From contig NC_058373.1 in NCBI RefSeq assembly GCF_018350175.1, forward strand, positions 101,682,001-101,746,000: a stretch of 64,000 nucleotides of DNA, in the 5' to 3' direction. Shown piece after piece: positions 39,408-51,817 of the stretch. Origin of the DNA: Felis catus (Eukaryota). A program made the translations under genes and the position numbers. The notes under the pieces were generated by a model that had not been told where the DNA came from, searched no databases, and saw only the letters and a list, made by a program, of their open reading frames with translations. The first letter of the stretch is position 1. Each line of letters starts with the position of its first letter.

Positions 39408-40797
39408 TGCTCCTTTTTCAATCATATCAGTGGCTTCTCATTGCTCTAAAGGTACAGCTGTGCAGTTTAAATAGCAATACTCATGTGGTCTGGGCCCTAC
39501 TTATCGCCACTTTTTATCTCATAGCATGTTACTCCTCACTGTCCATGCTTTAGTCACATTGGCTTTTCATTTTCTCAGGTGTGCTATGATTTCTCCCTCC
39601 TCAGAGCCTTTGCACATGCTGTAGCTTCTGCCCTAAATGCTTTCTCCCTTCCTGTCCCTTTGCCTGGTACATCTCTATCCATTAGGTCTCAGCTCAATCA
39701 TCTGTTTTTCGTGGAAGACTTTCCCAATCTTCCTTGTATTTCACCATTCCCCTGTTATATGCCCTCATAGCTCCATGTACCTCTTTTTAATGGCATTTAT
39801 TATAATTTTGCCTTTATATTTTGTTCAAGATTCTTTGGTTAATGCTTGTCTTTTCCATTAGATGATAAATTCCATGAGAAATAGCTATATCATTTTTGGC
39901 TTATTATTGTATCCCTAATGCCTTCTACAGTGTCTGGAACATATCTGACACTCAAACAACATTTTCTGAATGAGTAGGTAAGAGGTTAGTCATGTAGAGA
40001 TGGTTCAAACAAGGAACTTGAGTCTTGATCATAAAGAATATACAGCACGGCAATTGAGGATTTGGGGTGGTGGAATGAAATAAGATATATGTTTAAAAGT
40101 AAAAGATATGTGTTAAAAAGAATTTTTTGTCTGTACTGTGTATTGTGTATTATGTGTTAGAAACAATCAATGTTGGAAACAACGTTTGAATGGTTGTAGC
40201 AGATACCTAAACGGGAAATAAAGGCTTGAATTAAATTTGTGTTAGTTCCTGTTTTTTTTGAGACTTTTTCAGTGTAAATCAAGTTGAATCTCAGTTTTCT
40301 CTACTGCTGGTTTGGGATTTGACTTTCATGGCCTGGTTAGTGAATTATCCTTGTTCAGCTGTTTTCCATCTTCCAATATGTGCTGTTCTTATTTTATTTC
40401 CTGTTTTTGTTGACTTATTATTTTTTTTACATCCCTTTACTGTAGTTTTAGTGGAGTTTTGGGATAGAGCAAAATTATAGGCATATTTTTAATATACTAC
40501 TTTACCTTGGAACTCCCTCTGTTTATTATGAAAACTCTTTATTGTTTATTGCAATAAAATTGCCTTTCACACTGGCCGAGATTTTTGTTAAGTGACAATA
40601 TCAAATGATTGCAAAACTGAGGATGAAAGGGTGGGAGCAAAAATCGGTACAATATTTCTGGATAACACTGTTTCTCCAAAGGCTTAAAATGTACATACTT
40701 TTTGAACTAAAATTTCCAACTCTAAGAATTCACCTACGGAAATGATATAGCTTTACGATTGTTCACTGCAATGTTGTTTATGACAATAAAAAATTGT

Positions 40798-41130
40798 GGG
40801 GCACCTGGGTGGCTCAGTCGGTTAAGCATCCCACTTTGGCTCAGGTCATGATCTCAACGTTTGTGAGTTTGAGTCCTGTATCTGGCTCTGCGCTGAGAGC
40901 TCAGAGACTGCAGCCTACTTCGGATTCTGTCTCCCTCTCTCTCTGCCTCTCCCTCTTTCCCCTCCCCCTCTCCCTCCCAAAAATAAACATTAAAAAAAAA
41001 AAAAAATCAGGGGTGGACTGGGTGGCTCAGTCAGTTAAGTGTCTGACTCTCCGTTCTGTTCCAGCCCAGATCATGATCTCACCATTTCGTGACATGGGGC
41101 TCTGTGCTGACGGTGTGGAGCCTGCTTGGG

Positions 41131-41180
<50 letters not shown>

Positions 41181-41228
41181 TCTCCCTCTCTCTCTGTGCC
41201 TCCCCCAACCCCCTCTCTCTCAGAAATA
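40798..41228 (+). mobile_element. Two head-to-tail Can-SINEs, the second with a long (CT)n
   Basis: Two SINE heads at about 40798 and 41010. Confidence 0.85.
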
Positions 41229-42229
41229 ATTTTTTTTACATATTTAAAATATTGTCCAACCATAAATAAACTATATAATTTCACAAATCATATATGTAGT
41301 TGTTAAAAATTATATTGTTGAAGCAAGTTTCTTACACAGCACTACTCCAGAGAGTACACAATACATGGTCATTTGCCAAGAGATATGCGAACCCTTAGAA
41401 CAAATTTAGCTCGTGTTTCTCTAGCACTAATTTTACTAGTGATTTGGGAGTGTGGAGGGGCTACTAGTGATCCATCCCATGGTCCTCTGTCCCTTTCTTC
41501 CTTGATACCAAAACTCTGATTTGTAGCAAGGGATGTCGCTGCTGAGAATAAAAGATTACATTTCCCTGTCTCTGTGGTAACTGGGGGTGGCCTAAGGGCT
41601 AAACACAAACCTATACGAAGTCAATGGAGTTGTGAGAGACTTCTGGAAAGGCTACCTTGATGGAGTTGACTGTATGGGGATGAGGAGAGGAGACGAGCAT
41701 TTCGCTCCTTTCTTTACTTAAAGGCCTCTGCTCGTTTACAAAAAAATTATAAATACATATTTAAAATTATTATTAAAGTAAAAATTAATACAAATATTCA
41801 AATATCTAATTCAATTTGAGGGGTGTAGGGAGAGGAGAAAAGGAATGGGATGTGGGAGGGCAGTTGATTTGCTTCTATGAGAATCTTCATAGGCAACGCT
41901 AATTTTCCTCTATCATGAAATCCAACTTGAAAGGCTGGCAAGGCTCATAAACTGCTTGCGAGACTCCTTTCGGTGTTTCGTATAATTGTAACTTTTCTAG
42001 ATAAAATAAGAGCAGGTGTGGGGTTACTTCACTTTGTAGAACCCAAAATGCAGGCTCTCCTCCTCCCAAATTTGCCGCGGATCTCATATGCGGGATTTAG
42101 ACTCTATGACGTGGATTTCTCACTGTGCCTCCTCTCTGTGCCATCAGAAAAACCTTACCTGAGCCTTGGACAAGAGATGGCCGGGATACGTGTTTAGAAT
42201 TTGCCGCAGAAAAGCCTTGACCTCTAGGA

Positions 42230-43050
42230 CAGACAGACGCTCGCTGGGTACCAATCCGGTGAGTCGAGCCAGGCACCGCCCCTCTGCGAAGCCAATAGCT
42301 CGGGACGGAAGCAGTAGAGGCGGGGCCAGCCCTGCAGGCACCGTTGTGATTGGCACGCCGGCTCCCGCAGCCTGAGAGGTTGCCCCGAAGACTAGCCGGA
42401 GAACCGGGGCGAGTGCGGATCTACAAAGTTTGTCAGCTCCGGGGCGCCGTAGTGGCTTTTACCCCAGCGGGGTGGGCTGGGCTGGGTGGCTGGAGCTCGG
42501 CTCAGTTTTGGACATCCTGATGGCCGCGGTGTTTCTAGTAACGCTGTATGAGTATTCGCCGCTTTTCTACATTGCGGTGGTCTTTACCTGCTTCATCGTG
42601 ACCACTGGCCTGGTATTGGGATGGTAAGTGCCCCGTAGTTAGAAACAAGGAACACAGGGGCGGACCGCTGGGGCGTGGGGTCGCGGAGAGCAGCGGGCGG
42701 GGGGCGGGGGCGAGCATCGGAGGCGGGGCGGGGGTGCTGTGGGGCTGGGGCGCCTGTGGCTGTGGGGGAGCTGGTGTCGAGAACTCCTACTGGCTCCTGG
42801 AGGAAAACTAGGTGCGGGGCGCACCTGCATCGCTGCTGTGCATCACTGTGCCGTCCCTGTCGCTGCAGGCATCTGGGGGTGGTGCCGGATTGAGGTATTT
42901 TACCCAGCTTTGTGTCTAGCAGTTCGTGAGGGCCTCGTCTTGGTGTTGGGATAGAGTGCTTGTCCAGCAGGCTTCTGTCCCGGATTGGGGCCTACTGTGT
43001 GCCCAGAGTGAAGTCAGTCACCTGCGCTACAGTGCGCCGACGTGGACAGT
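42230..43050. promoter_or_regulatory. CpG island / promoter of CGRRF1
   Basis: CpG-rich; CCAAT at 42251 and 42292, ATTGG at 42349; GC box AGGCGGGGCC near 42318. Confidence 0.85.
42520..42623 (+). CDS. CGRRF1: Cell growth regulator with RING finger domain 1, coding exon 1 (MAAVFLVTLYEYSPLFYIAVVFTCFIVTTGLVLGW; hydrophobic TM segment)
   Basis: ATG at 42520; TG|GTAAGT donor; matches the recalled CGRRF1 N-terminus; synteny with GMFB. Confidence 0.95.
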
Positions 43051-43649
43051 AAACACAGTTGATTGTTGTTCTGACCAGAACTGAGCACTTGGCCTCAGAT
43101 CTTTCAGCCTAACTCTGAACTCTGTTACCGTTTGAGAATTTAATGGTCTCTAGATAAATTCCACGCCATTTGGAGTAATATTTAGTCGAAAAAGTTATGA
43201 AGTCACAATTTTAGAGATAGAAAAGACCTTTGAGATAAGTTATATTAACGCGTGGGGACAGTTTACCCATTGGAGACAAGGAGAATAGACTGTTAGATAA
43301 TCCCTGAGCTGTTCTTCTAACTCAGAGATTCTAAAATTTCTCTCTTGAGGAGGTGCCATTGTATCATGTTTAGAGAAGCCTTATGAATACAGCTAGTTGA
43401 AACCATCTTTCTAATTCATCCACTGAGGAGAGAAACATGGGCCGGATTTTGAAGAATAAGTATTTTGAGAAACAAATGGAGTTAAATGTTTATGGTAGAG
43501 AATAGAATGCATTTCAGAGATACAACATGAGCAGAGGGGCAGAGGAAATGTGTTATTGAATAGCTCAGCCTGTGTAAAATGAGTTTTAAAATAACCTGTG
43601 GTCACATATATGGGATTACTGTACAGACAGGAAACAAGCCCCCTTCCCT

Positions 43650-43849
43650 TTTTTAACATTTATTTATTTTTGAGAGACAGAGTGCGAGTGGGGGAGGGAC
43701 AGACAGCGAGGGAGACCCAGAATCTGAAGCAGGTTCCAGGCTCTGAGCTATCAGCACAGAGCCTGACGTGGGGCTCGAACCCACAAACCGTGAGATCATG
43801 ACCTGAGCCAAAGTCAGATGCTAAACCAACTGAGCCACCCAGGCACCCC
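43650..43849 (-). mobile_element. Can-SINE
   Basis: TSD GGAAACAAGCCC. Confidence 0.9.
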
Positions 43850-45399
43850 GGAAACAAGCCCTTTTTAGTTTCTGAAACTATATGCCATCTTTCAAAACTA
43901 AGCACAGTTTTAACATTTCCATACTGTTTCCCACTCTGCCAGCAGTAGAGCACAAAATTCCTTGTTTGTGGGTAGGAGAAGACTAAGACGAGTCTTAACA
44001 CAATGTGTTATTCTTGGTTCATCAAATTTTATTGCTATTTATTGTTCATTTCAAGAAAGTTTGTAATTGGATTTACAACTTGGTTGCCCAAGTGAGAAAA
44101 GCAGTCTTTACACAGGATTTCTTAATGACTATAGTGTTAGTATTATTCCCTTAAAGAAATGTAATTTTCTTCCATTAAATGTAATTTTCTTCCAATAGGT
44201 AACTAGTTGATCATTGCATTATATCCTTAAATTTTAATTTTCAGTAGGCCAACTAGTTAGATATCTTAGATATCTATCTATAGTATTGGGAAGAGAAAAA
44301 TGAATGAGGGCCGTATTGATAATGACAGTGGCATCTGTGGGTAAAGGTAATCAGGAACCTCATGTTTATAGTGGTTAAGAAACAGACTTTGGAGTCAGAC
44401 GGGCCTAGATTCAAATTCTGGCTCTGCCCAGTTTTAAGATTTGTTTTGAGAACTTAATGATTGCCTAACCACTCCACTGAGGTATGACTTTGGAAGGGTA
44501 GAAGGCCAGGTAATTGTAGAATTTTTGGAAGTCTGGGCTATGCATTGCTGAGGCCACAAGACCGTGTAAGTGCCAGTCACTTTCATTCTGATTTGGACCT
44601 AACCAGTTATCTTGAGTCTTGGTTCCTTGTACCTTGGTTAGCTTTGCCCATGTAGATCAACTTTTTACTAGTGTTTATTTGCTAACCTAAGCCAAGGCAA
44701 CAGATTCATTGAGCAGAAACAAAGAAAACCATTTAGATATCACAAAAGCAGCTTTCCAATAGGTAAACTCATTCGAAGGTAAACTCATTAAACCACTGTG
44801 CTTTTCACCCATGTTATTTCTTTTTAAAGTTTATTTATTTATTTTGAGAGAGACAGAGAGTACATCTGGGGGAGGGGCACAGAGAGAGGGGGAGAGAGAA
44901 TCCCAAGCAGGCTCTGCACTGTCAGCACAGAGCCTGATGTGGGGCTTGAATCCACAAAGCCGTCAGATCATGACCTGAGCCGAAACCAAGAGTCGGATGC
45001 TCAACCAACAGAGCCACCCAGGCGCCCTCCCCCATGTCATTTTTTTTAACCTCCCCAAATATAATCCCCGTTGGTCTTGTGTCTTCGCTGTAATGGCTGT
45101 TATCTCAATACTACTCTGATTTTCTTTCCCACTGCTTCTTTCTACTGTTCTCCTTGTCTGCTTGCACTGTGTGGGAGTGGAGAAAAAACAGGAACATCTG
45201 ACTGTTGGAATCCCAATAGCAATGGCCAAAAATCATGCCACTGAGAGTATGGTATTTCTATTTAACTCGGTGGTGGTTTCTGTGAGCTCTAGTAGCTTAT
45301 TAGGCTCTTGCTATTTGCCAGGCACTGTACAGAAAGGAGACCAAAATGCCATACCTCCTTTAACAGTTTCAAATAACGAGGGACCCTGACGCTGCAGCT

Positions 45400-48300
45400 G
45401 CTCCCTGCTTCCTCTTGACTACAGGTCATGAAGCTTTTGTCCCTCAGCTTTGTTGCACCTCTTTATATTCTGTTACGTGAATCTGGGACAGAACCTCTAA
45501 ACCACATTTCTTCTTTGCTGGCTGGCTGCCAAGCAGGCTTTGCCAGCAGGGGAGGGAGAATGGAAGGCTAGAGGACACCAGGCCTTGCTGCTTCCTGTGT
45601 GACTCTTTTTCTTGTCTGTCTCACCACAGAGATAGTGCCTCACTCTGCCATTAACAGTTGGTCCCAGTGTTTTCAGTTTATAGTTTTGCGCTCTCTTAGA
45701 ACCGCCTACCACACCCCTTCAAAGATACCAATACCTTTCCTGAGATCTGAGCCCCAGCTCCATGGGGGTCCTTCTCCAAACTTCTAAGCTGTAGTAACTC
45801 TCCTCTATTACTGTTCTAGGAGTGATAGCTTCTTCCTACTGGTACTACTTCTATGATAGTCACTGTCCCCTTTTTGCTTTTACAGTTCTTCAATATCTGG
45901 TTAACAATTCTTCATATTAAATTCTCTCTGTTAGGGGCGCCTGGGTCACTTAGTTGGCTAAGCATCCAACTCTTGATTTTGGGTCAGCTCATGATCTCAC
46001 AGTTTGTGGGTTTGAGCTCCGTGTCGGGCTCCACGCTGACAGTGCAGAGCCTGCTTGAGATTCTCTCTCTCTTTCTCTCTCTCTCTCAAAATAAATAAGT
46101 AAACTTAAAAAAAATTCTCCCTGTTAAAATAACTGGTGTGCTTTTGGTCTCCTGATTGGACTTACAAAAGATATTAATAAAGAAATTGTTACTAAGATTG
46201 GGATCCTGGGGGAGAACCTCTCAAAGATGGGCTTCAGAGATTGCTTTGGTCGTATCTTTAGCTCTTTGTCAATGGAATAAAAGGTCCTAGTAATGCATGG
46301 CATGTATTGGCATCACAGTTCATTAAATGACTATTTTTGGTTGATTGTGATAAAATGATTTCTGACGTTAAGTGCCTTGGGGACCCAGTGGCTAAAGTAC
46401 TTTTTGACTACAAGGACTGAGGGATAGTTAGGTGGTTGTCTGAGACCACTGGAGCCCTTACAGAAAGAAAATGACAAGCTAAGATCTTAAAACACCCAGG
46501 TCAAGTCTTAGAGTCCAGAATCAGAGATTCTGTGGTTCTAAAGCACTTTATTTCATATAGCCCCAGAACTAAACATTGAACATAGTTTTAATTGCGCTGG
46601 GAATAGAATTAGGGGTGGGGGGCGGGGAACAGAAGATCCCAAGCAGGCTCCATGCTGACAGCAGCAAGCCTGATGTAGGGCTCGATCTCACCAACCATGA
46701 GATCATGACCTGAACCGAAGTCCGACGCTCAACCGACTGAGCCACCCAGGCACCCCTGAAATGCCATTTCTAACAGTTTTGTGTTTTCCTCTAGATGGTT
46801 TCAAGAAAATTCTTTCCAATGCAAGTGTATTTGGCACCCTAAGCAAATACAAACTAAAGTCATAGCCTTTTCCTAAGGAGGAATGTGGGCTCATTTAGGA
46901 CACTGAGTGGAAAAAAGTAGAGCCCTTAGACTTAGACTGGAGACATCTAAATTGACTTGGATAAAACTGAGAATCTTGAAACCCCAGTCATTCTGACTCT
47001 CCCTTGTTGGAAGCAGCCTGCTTTCCATGTGTGAGAAAATTGGCCTTCCCTTGCTTGAAGGTCCTGTAATAACCTTGCATAGGGTAATTGCTTTGCAAAG
47101 GATGTCTTTACTCAGACCTATCTCTGTAACCTATTGCTATGAGGCCTAGATCTCTTCATGCTCCAAAGGACAGGGACAAAATATAACCTGGTTGGAAAGA
47201 GCCTAGCCTCGAAAAGAATTGCAAAATTTTACTAATTTGTATCATTGGGAGGGAGGAGTATGTGTGAGAACAGATTGTAAATAGGTTAGGCCAGGGAGGA
47301 GAAACTGTAACACTATCAGATAAAATTTATTGATCTGGCTTTGTTCTCAAGAAATTCTGAATCTAAAGTATTAACTCAGATTTGGTTGACTGAAATTTGG
47401 ATTCAGTGGTGGCCTATATATAATAAGGTTAAGATGGATAAAACTTTCCTGTCATAATGAGGAAAGAATCTGAAGGCTTAGGAAAATAGGAATATTGGAC
47501 TGGATTTAATATGTGCAACTTGCACACCCACCCACCTATTGTATCCTTCAAGAGTGCACAGAAGATAGACTTTTCATGAAAGCACTGAGAAATAAACTTC
47601 CAAGAGGAGACTTGTATCCTTGAAAATTTCTGTTCTTTGTAGTCTGTTTATGATAGTGGGAGCTCCTGATGTGAGGTCCAGGGGCACCTCACAGGAGTCA
47701 GGGTTGACTTGTGTTCCATAATGGGCAATGGAGGACAAAGTGAAGATTGTTTTGGCCCACAAGGATCTTTGGCAGTGACTAATGGCTTACAGTGCCTCTA
47801 GGAATAAAATAGATGGGTAGCCTACTAAATGCTACATGAACTACATAGGAAAAACTTCATGTCTGGAGCAGGAAACCTGACTTGGGTCACAACAGTGGAG
47901 AGTTACCACCTTTCACCCAGTTTATAGATATAAGCCAGTCCATAGACCTGGAGCCTCTAATTAAAAGGGAGATCAGGTCCCCTTGAGGAAGGGCCCCATA
48001 TCCTTCAGTGCTTCCTCAAGGACATAACTGTAAATCATCTGCCAGATCTTCCTTAGAGGTTGTTCTTTCTCAACTGCAAACATGCTCTTCTGTACTCTGT
48101 TTGGTAATACTGGGGCTGGGACTTTGCAAACCGCATTTCTCTTGTGCTAGTTTGCCCCCGCTTAGGGTCTGCCAATAGGTGATGCTAGAAAGAAACTGGA
48201 AGGCTAGAAGAGGAAGAAAGGACTTCCTCTTAACAGTTTGCTTCCTTTTCCTGGTCTGTGTTCCTGCAGCACTCGCCTTTATCCTGGCCGTGGCAGCTGG

Positions 48301-48648
48301 CCTGAGAACCAGCAGTTTATTTACAATTTACAGTTTTTCCTCATACCTAGAACTAGCCTCATCGTACACCTCCAGAGATAACAGTACCGGCTGGCCAGCA
48401 CTCCCACCACCAGTCTGCATGCCACCTCTGGGGGGTCCCTTATCCAAGTTTCTAAACGGCATTAATCCCCACTCTTCCCTTTGTTTCCCCAGTCCGAGGA
48501 GGGCGAACTGCTTCTTGCTAGGATACCTCAGTGTATCCTAGTGTTTCAGTCTTCAGTACTTGATGAACAGTTCTTTATATTAGTATTAAATTCTTTATGT
48601 TTAAATAGCAGATGTGGCTTCCAGTTCCTGCCAGCCCTGCCTGATACA
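45400..48648 (+). mobile_element. Degenerate ERVL-type provirus remnant: LTR33-like LTRs (about 45400-46165 and 48040-48648) around a gag-like internal remnant
   Basis: Both ends share motifs (AAACC(A/G)CATTTC, GGAAGGCTAGA, ATTAAATTCT..TGTT.AAATA); the 3' copy ends CTGATACA; family assignment from memory. Confidence 0.5.
46629..46890 (-). repeat. Left arm of a 262-bp inverted duplication (partner 48724-48985)
   Basis: Manual alignment to the reverse complement of 48724-48985: 5 substitutions. Confidence 0.95.
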
Positions 48649-48723
48649 CTGACCTTGACCATTTCTCATCCCACTTGTCAAATGCAGTAGGTTGTGTGTG
48701 TGTGTGAGGAGGTTGGTGATGAG

Positions 48724-48985
48724 GCCCACATTCCTCCTTAGGAAAAGGCTATGACTTTAGTTTGTATTTGCTTAGGGTACCAAATACACTTGCGTTGGAA
48801 AGAATTTTCTTGAAACCATCTAGAGGAAAACACAAAACTGTTAGAAATGGCATTTCAGGGGTGCCTGGGTGGCTCAGTCGGTTGAGCATCGGACTTCGGT
48901 TCAGGTCATGATCTCACGGTTGGTGAGATCGAGCCCTACATCAGGCTTGCTGCTGTCAGCACGGAGCCTGCTTGGGATCTTCTGT
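48724..48985 (+). repeat. Right (source) arm of the inverted duplication: unique flank plus 5' part of the Can-SINE at 48858-49040
   Basis: This SINE has its tail and TSD TTAGAAATGGCATTTCA at 48841-48857 and 49043-49059. Confidence 0.95.
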
Positions 48986-51049
48986 CCCCCCCCCCCCCCC
49001 CCACGCTCTCAAAAATAAATAAACAAGTAACAAAAAAAGTACTTAGAAATGGCATTTCAAACCTTCGTAGGGCCTTAAGATCACTTGTTCTAATCCTTCA
49101 TTTTACAAATAAAGGCACAGAATTTCAGAGATTGTGTCACTTTCCCAAAGTCTTATCGTTAGCACAGTGGTTCCCTCAGAGACAAACATCCTCCCCCCAC
49201 CAAGGGCTTCCCCATGAATGGTCTTTATATCCTGACCTAGTGTCGGCATCCAGCTAGCTGTGTGAGACCGTCTTTGGGAGACCACCGGGAGAGAAGCCCT
49301 GCCCAGCCCAAGTTAACAACTGCCTGTTAGTTTTCTGATTGGCTTGAGAACTCAAGGCTGAATGGGTGATCAAAACTGTTTACAACCAAGCCTAAAATTT
49401 TAGCTTCAAAGTAAACTTTATTTACGAGGGGCTCCCTGAGACTCCAGACACAAAGAAAGGAGGTCCAGTCTACCAGTTCAGCCTCTGGTGAGAAGCTTTG
49501 GAAGTGTGTGTGGGGTAAGACATTAATTATATAGGCAGTATGAAAAATGTGGTCAGAATTCAAAGTCCACAGATCATTGCTGTGCTGGAAGTTTAAACGA
49601 TATGAAGAAGTGCAACAAACAACTTAGAAATGGGAAAAACCAGAAGTATAGAAAAATCCAGGAGGAATAAGTATAAAAATGTAACAGTAAAGGAAAGAGA
49701 ATGGAAAATTCTCCATACGGAAAAAAAAGGGGACTAGGTTTATATAAAAGAAAGTAATGTTTAGAAACATTTATTTAGTTGGTATGCCATTACTAACAGT
49801 TGCCAAAATGACTTTGAGTGGAAAAAGATACAGATGAAATTTGATTGGAAGGAAAATTGATCAGTTTTCTATTTTATTATTCCTCGTAATGTCATATCAG
49901 ATACATGATCTGATACACAGGGCATCAGTGCCTTCATTCAAGTTTTGGACTACAAATGTGGAAAAGCCCAGATGTTAGGATGGTGGCCAAAGACACATCA
50001 CTGGGTCTGTTTATCAGTATTTTACAGAACTGTTTGTCAGCAGCAATTATGGATTACTATTTGACCACTCTCCAATTTTTAACTTCACTCCAGGTCATCT
50101 CTGCATATCGGCTTTTGAGTAATGTGTTAAAGATAAAATATTGGTCACATCAAACAGATTAAAACTATGAAAGTTATGGATTTTTGTGCAAAAATGAGCA
50201 AGTTCACACTGAGTCAAGTATGTGAAAAAGTTTACTAGGCTGAAAGTTCAACATGAGTCACCAGTGTGTCAGCTGCCCAAAAAACAGCTTTCGTGATCTT
50301 AGTCTACATTAAACATAATGTTTAGGACAAAAGGTGTGGTCAGTCTGTGACATCACTCTATTACACAGTGAAGTCTACCCTCTCTCCTCTCAAGCCTTGT
50401 TTCCCCCAAAGCATAAGGATATTGGGGGAACAGGGCTGGTGAAGTCAAAATGGACACAGAGCCTTGCTTCAGCATTGGCTGCTCTAGCCGTGGTTCACTA
50501 AGTCCTTTGGGAGGACAGGAATACAAAAATGTCCGAGATCATAATTCAGAAACGTAGCAGTGTTCAGACATAATTCAGATAAGGCAGTAATGAAAAGCCA
50601 AAGAGCAAAAGCATTAACCTTAAAGGAAAAGGTTAATAACTGTGTTAAAATTAAGAACTCTGTTCATCAAAAGAGACCTAGTATGAATGTGAAAAGGCAA
50701 GATGTAGAAAGGGCGAAGATATATGCAACAAAGGGCTCATATTCAGGACATATAAAGAGTTTCTATAAATAAGAAAAATCAGTCATCTGAGAAATAGAAA
50801 TGAAAACCATAATGCAATGCCACCATACACCTACGAGGATGTTCATAATGTTTTGGCAAGGATTTGGAGCAAGGGGAGCACTCATTCACTGCTGGTGAAT
50901 ATACATAAACCAATTGGTAGCATTATCCATTGAAGTTGAAGAAGCACAGATCTTATGACTGAGAAATACAATTTCCAGCATGTGTAGACCTACTAGAAAT
51001 GCGTCTAAGTGTATGTGGACCAAGCACCTTGTATGAAAATGTTCACTTA

Positions 51050-51265
51050 GGGGCACCCAGGTGGTTCAGTCGGTTAAGTGTCTGACTTCGGTCCAGGTCA
51101 TGATCTCACGGTTCATGAGTTCGAGCCCCACATCAGGCTCTGTGCTGACAGCTCAGAGCTTGAAGCCTGCTTTGGATTCTGTGTCTCCCTCTTTCTCTGC
51201 CCCTCTCTAGCGCACGCTCTCATTCTCTCTCTGTCAAAAATAAATAAACTTAAAAAAAAGAAAGA
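51050..51265 (+). mobile_element. Can-SINE within old L1 sequence
   Basis: TSD GAAAATGTTCACTTAGG. Confidence 0.9.
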
Positions 51266-51594
51266 AAATGTTCACTTAGGCATTATTCATAATGGCCGAT
51301 ATGTGAGGACAACTTAAATGTCCATTAAGAGTAGAATGAGTAAGCAAGTTGTAGCACATTTACTATGCAGAATACTATACAGCCACAAAATGCACTAAGT
51401 ATAGCTACAAGGATGAATCTTCAGGCATAATGTTGTAAAATAGTAAAAAAAAGTATACACAGCACACTTCCACTTACATAACAATTCAAAAACAAGTATT
51501 CTAAATTAAAATAACAGAAGTCAAGATAGTGGAGAGGGAAGGGGTAGTGCTTGGGAGGGGACACAAGAAACTTTCCGAGGATATCGTTTGGGTT

Positions 51595-51817
51595 CTTTTT
51601 TTTTTTTTTTTTTTTTTTTTAATGTCTATTTATTTTGAGAGGGAGAGAGTGTGAGCATGCGTGGGGGAGGAGCAGAGAGAGAGGACAACAGAGAATCCCA
51701 ACAGGCTTCGCACTGTCAGTGCAGAGCCAGACATGCAGCTCTATCCCACAAACTGTGAGATCATGACCTGAGCTGAAATCAAGAGACACTCAACTGATTG
51801 AGTCACTCAGGTGCCCC
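51595..51817 (-). mobile_element. Can-SINE
   Basis: TSD TAT(C/T)GTTTGG(G/A)TTCTT. Confidence 0.88.

Noticed and set aside
42430..42519. In-frame TTG-initiated N-terminal extension of CGRRF1
   Set aside because: A 30-codon open stretch is unremarkable in GC-rich DNA; no evidence of non-AUG initiation
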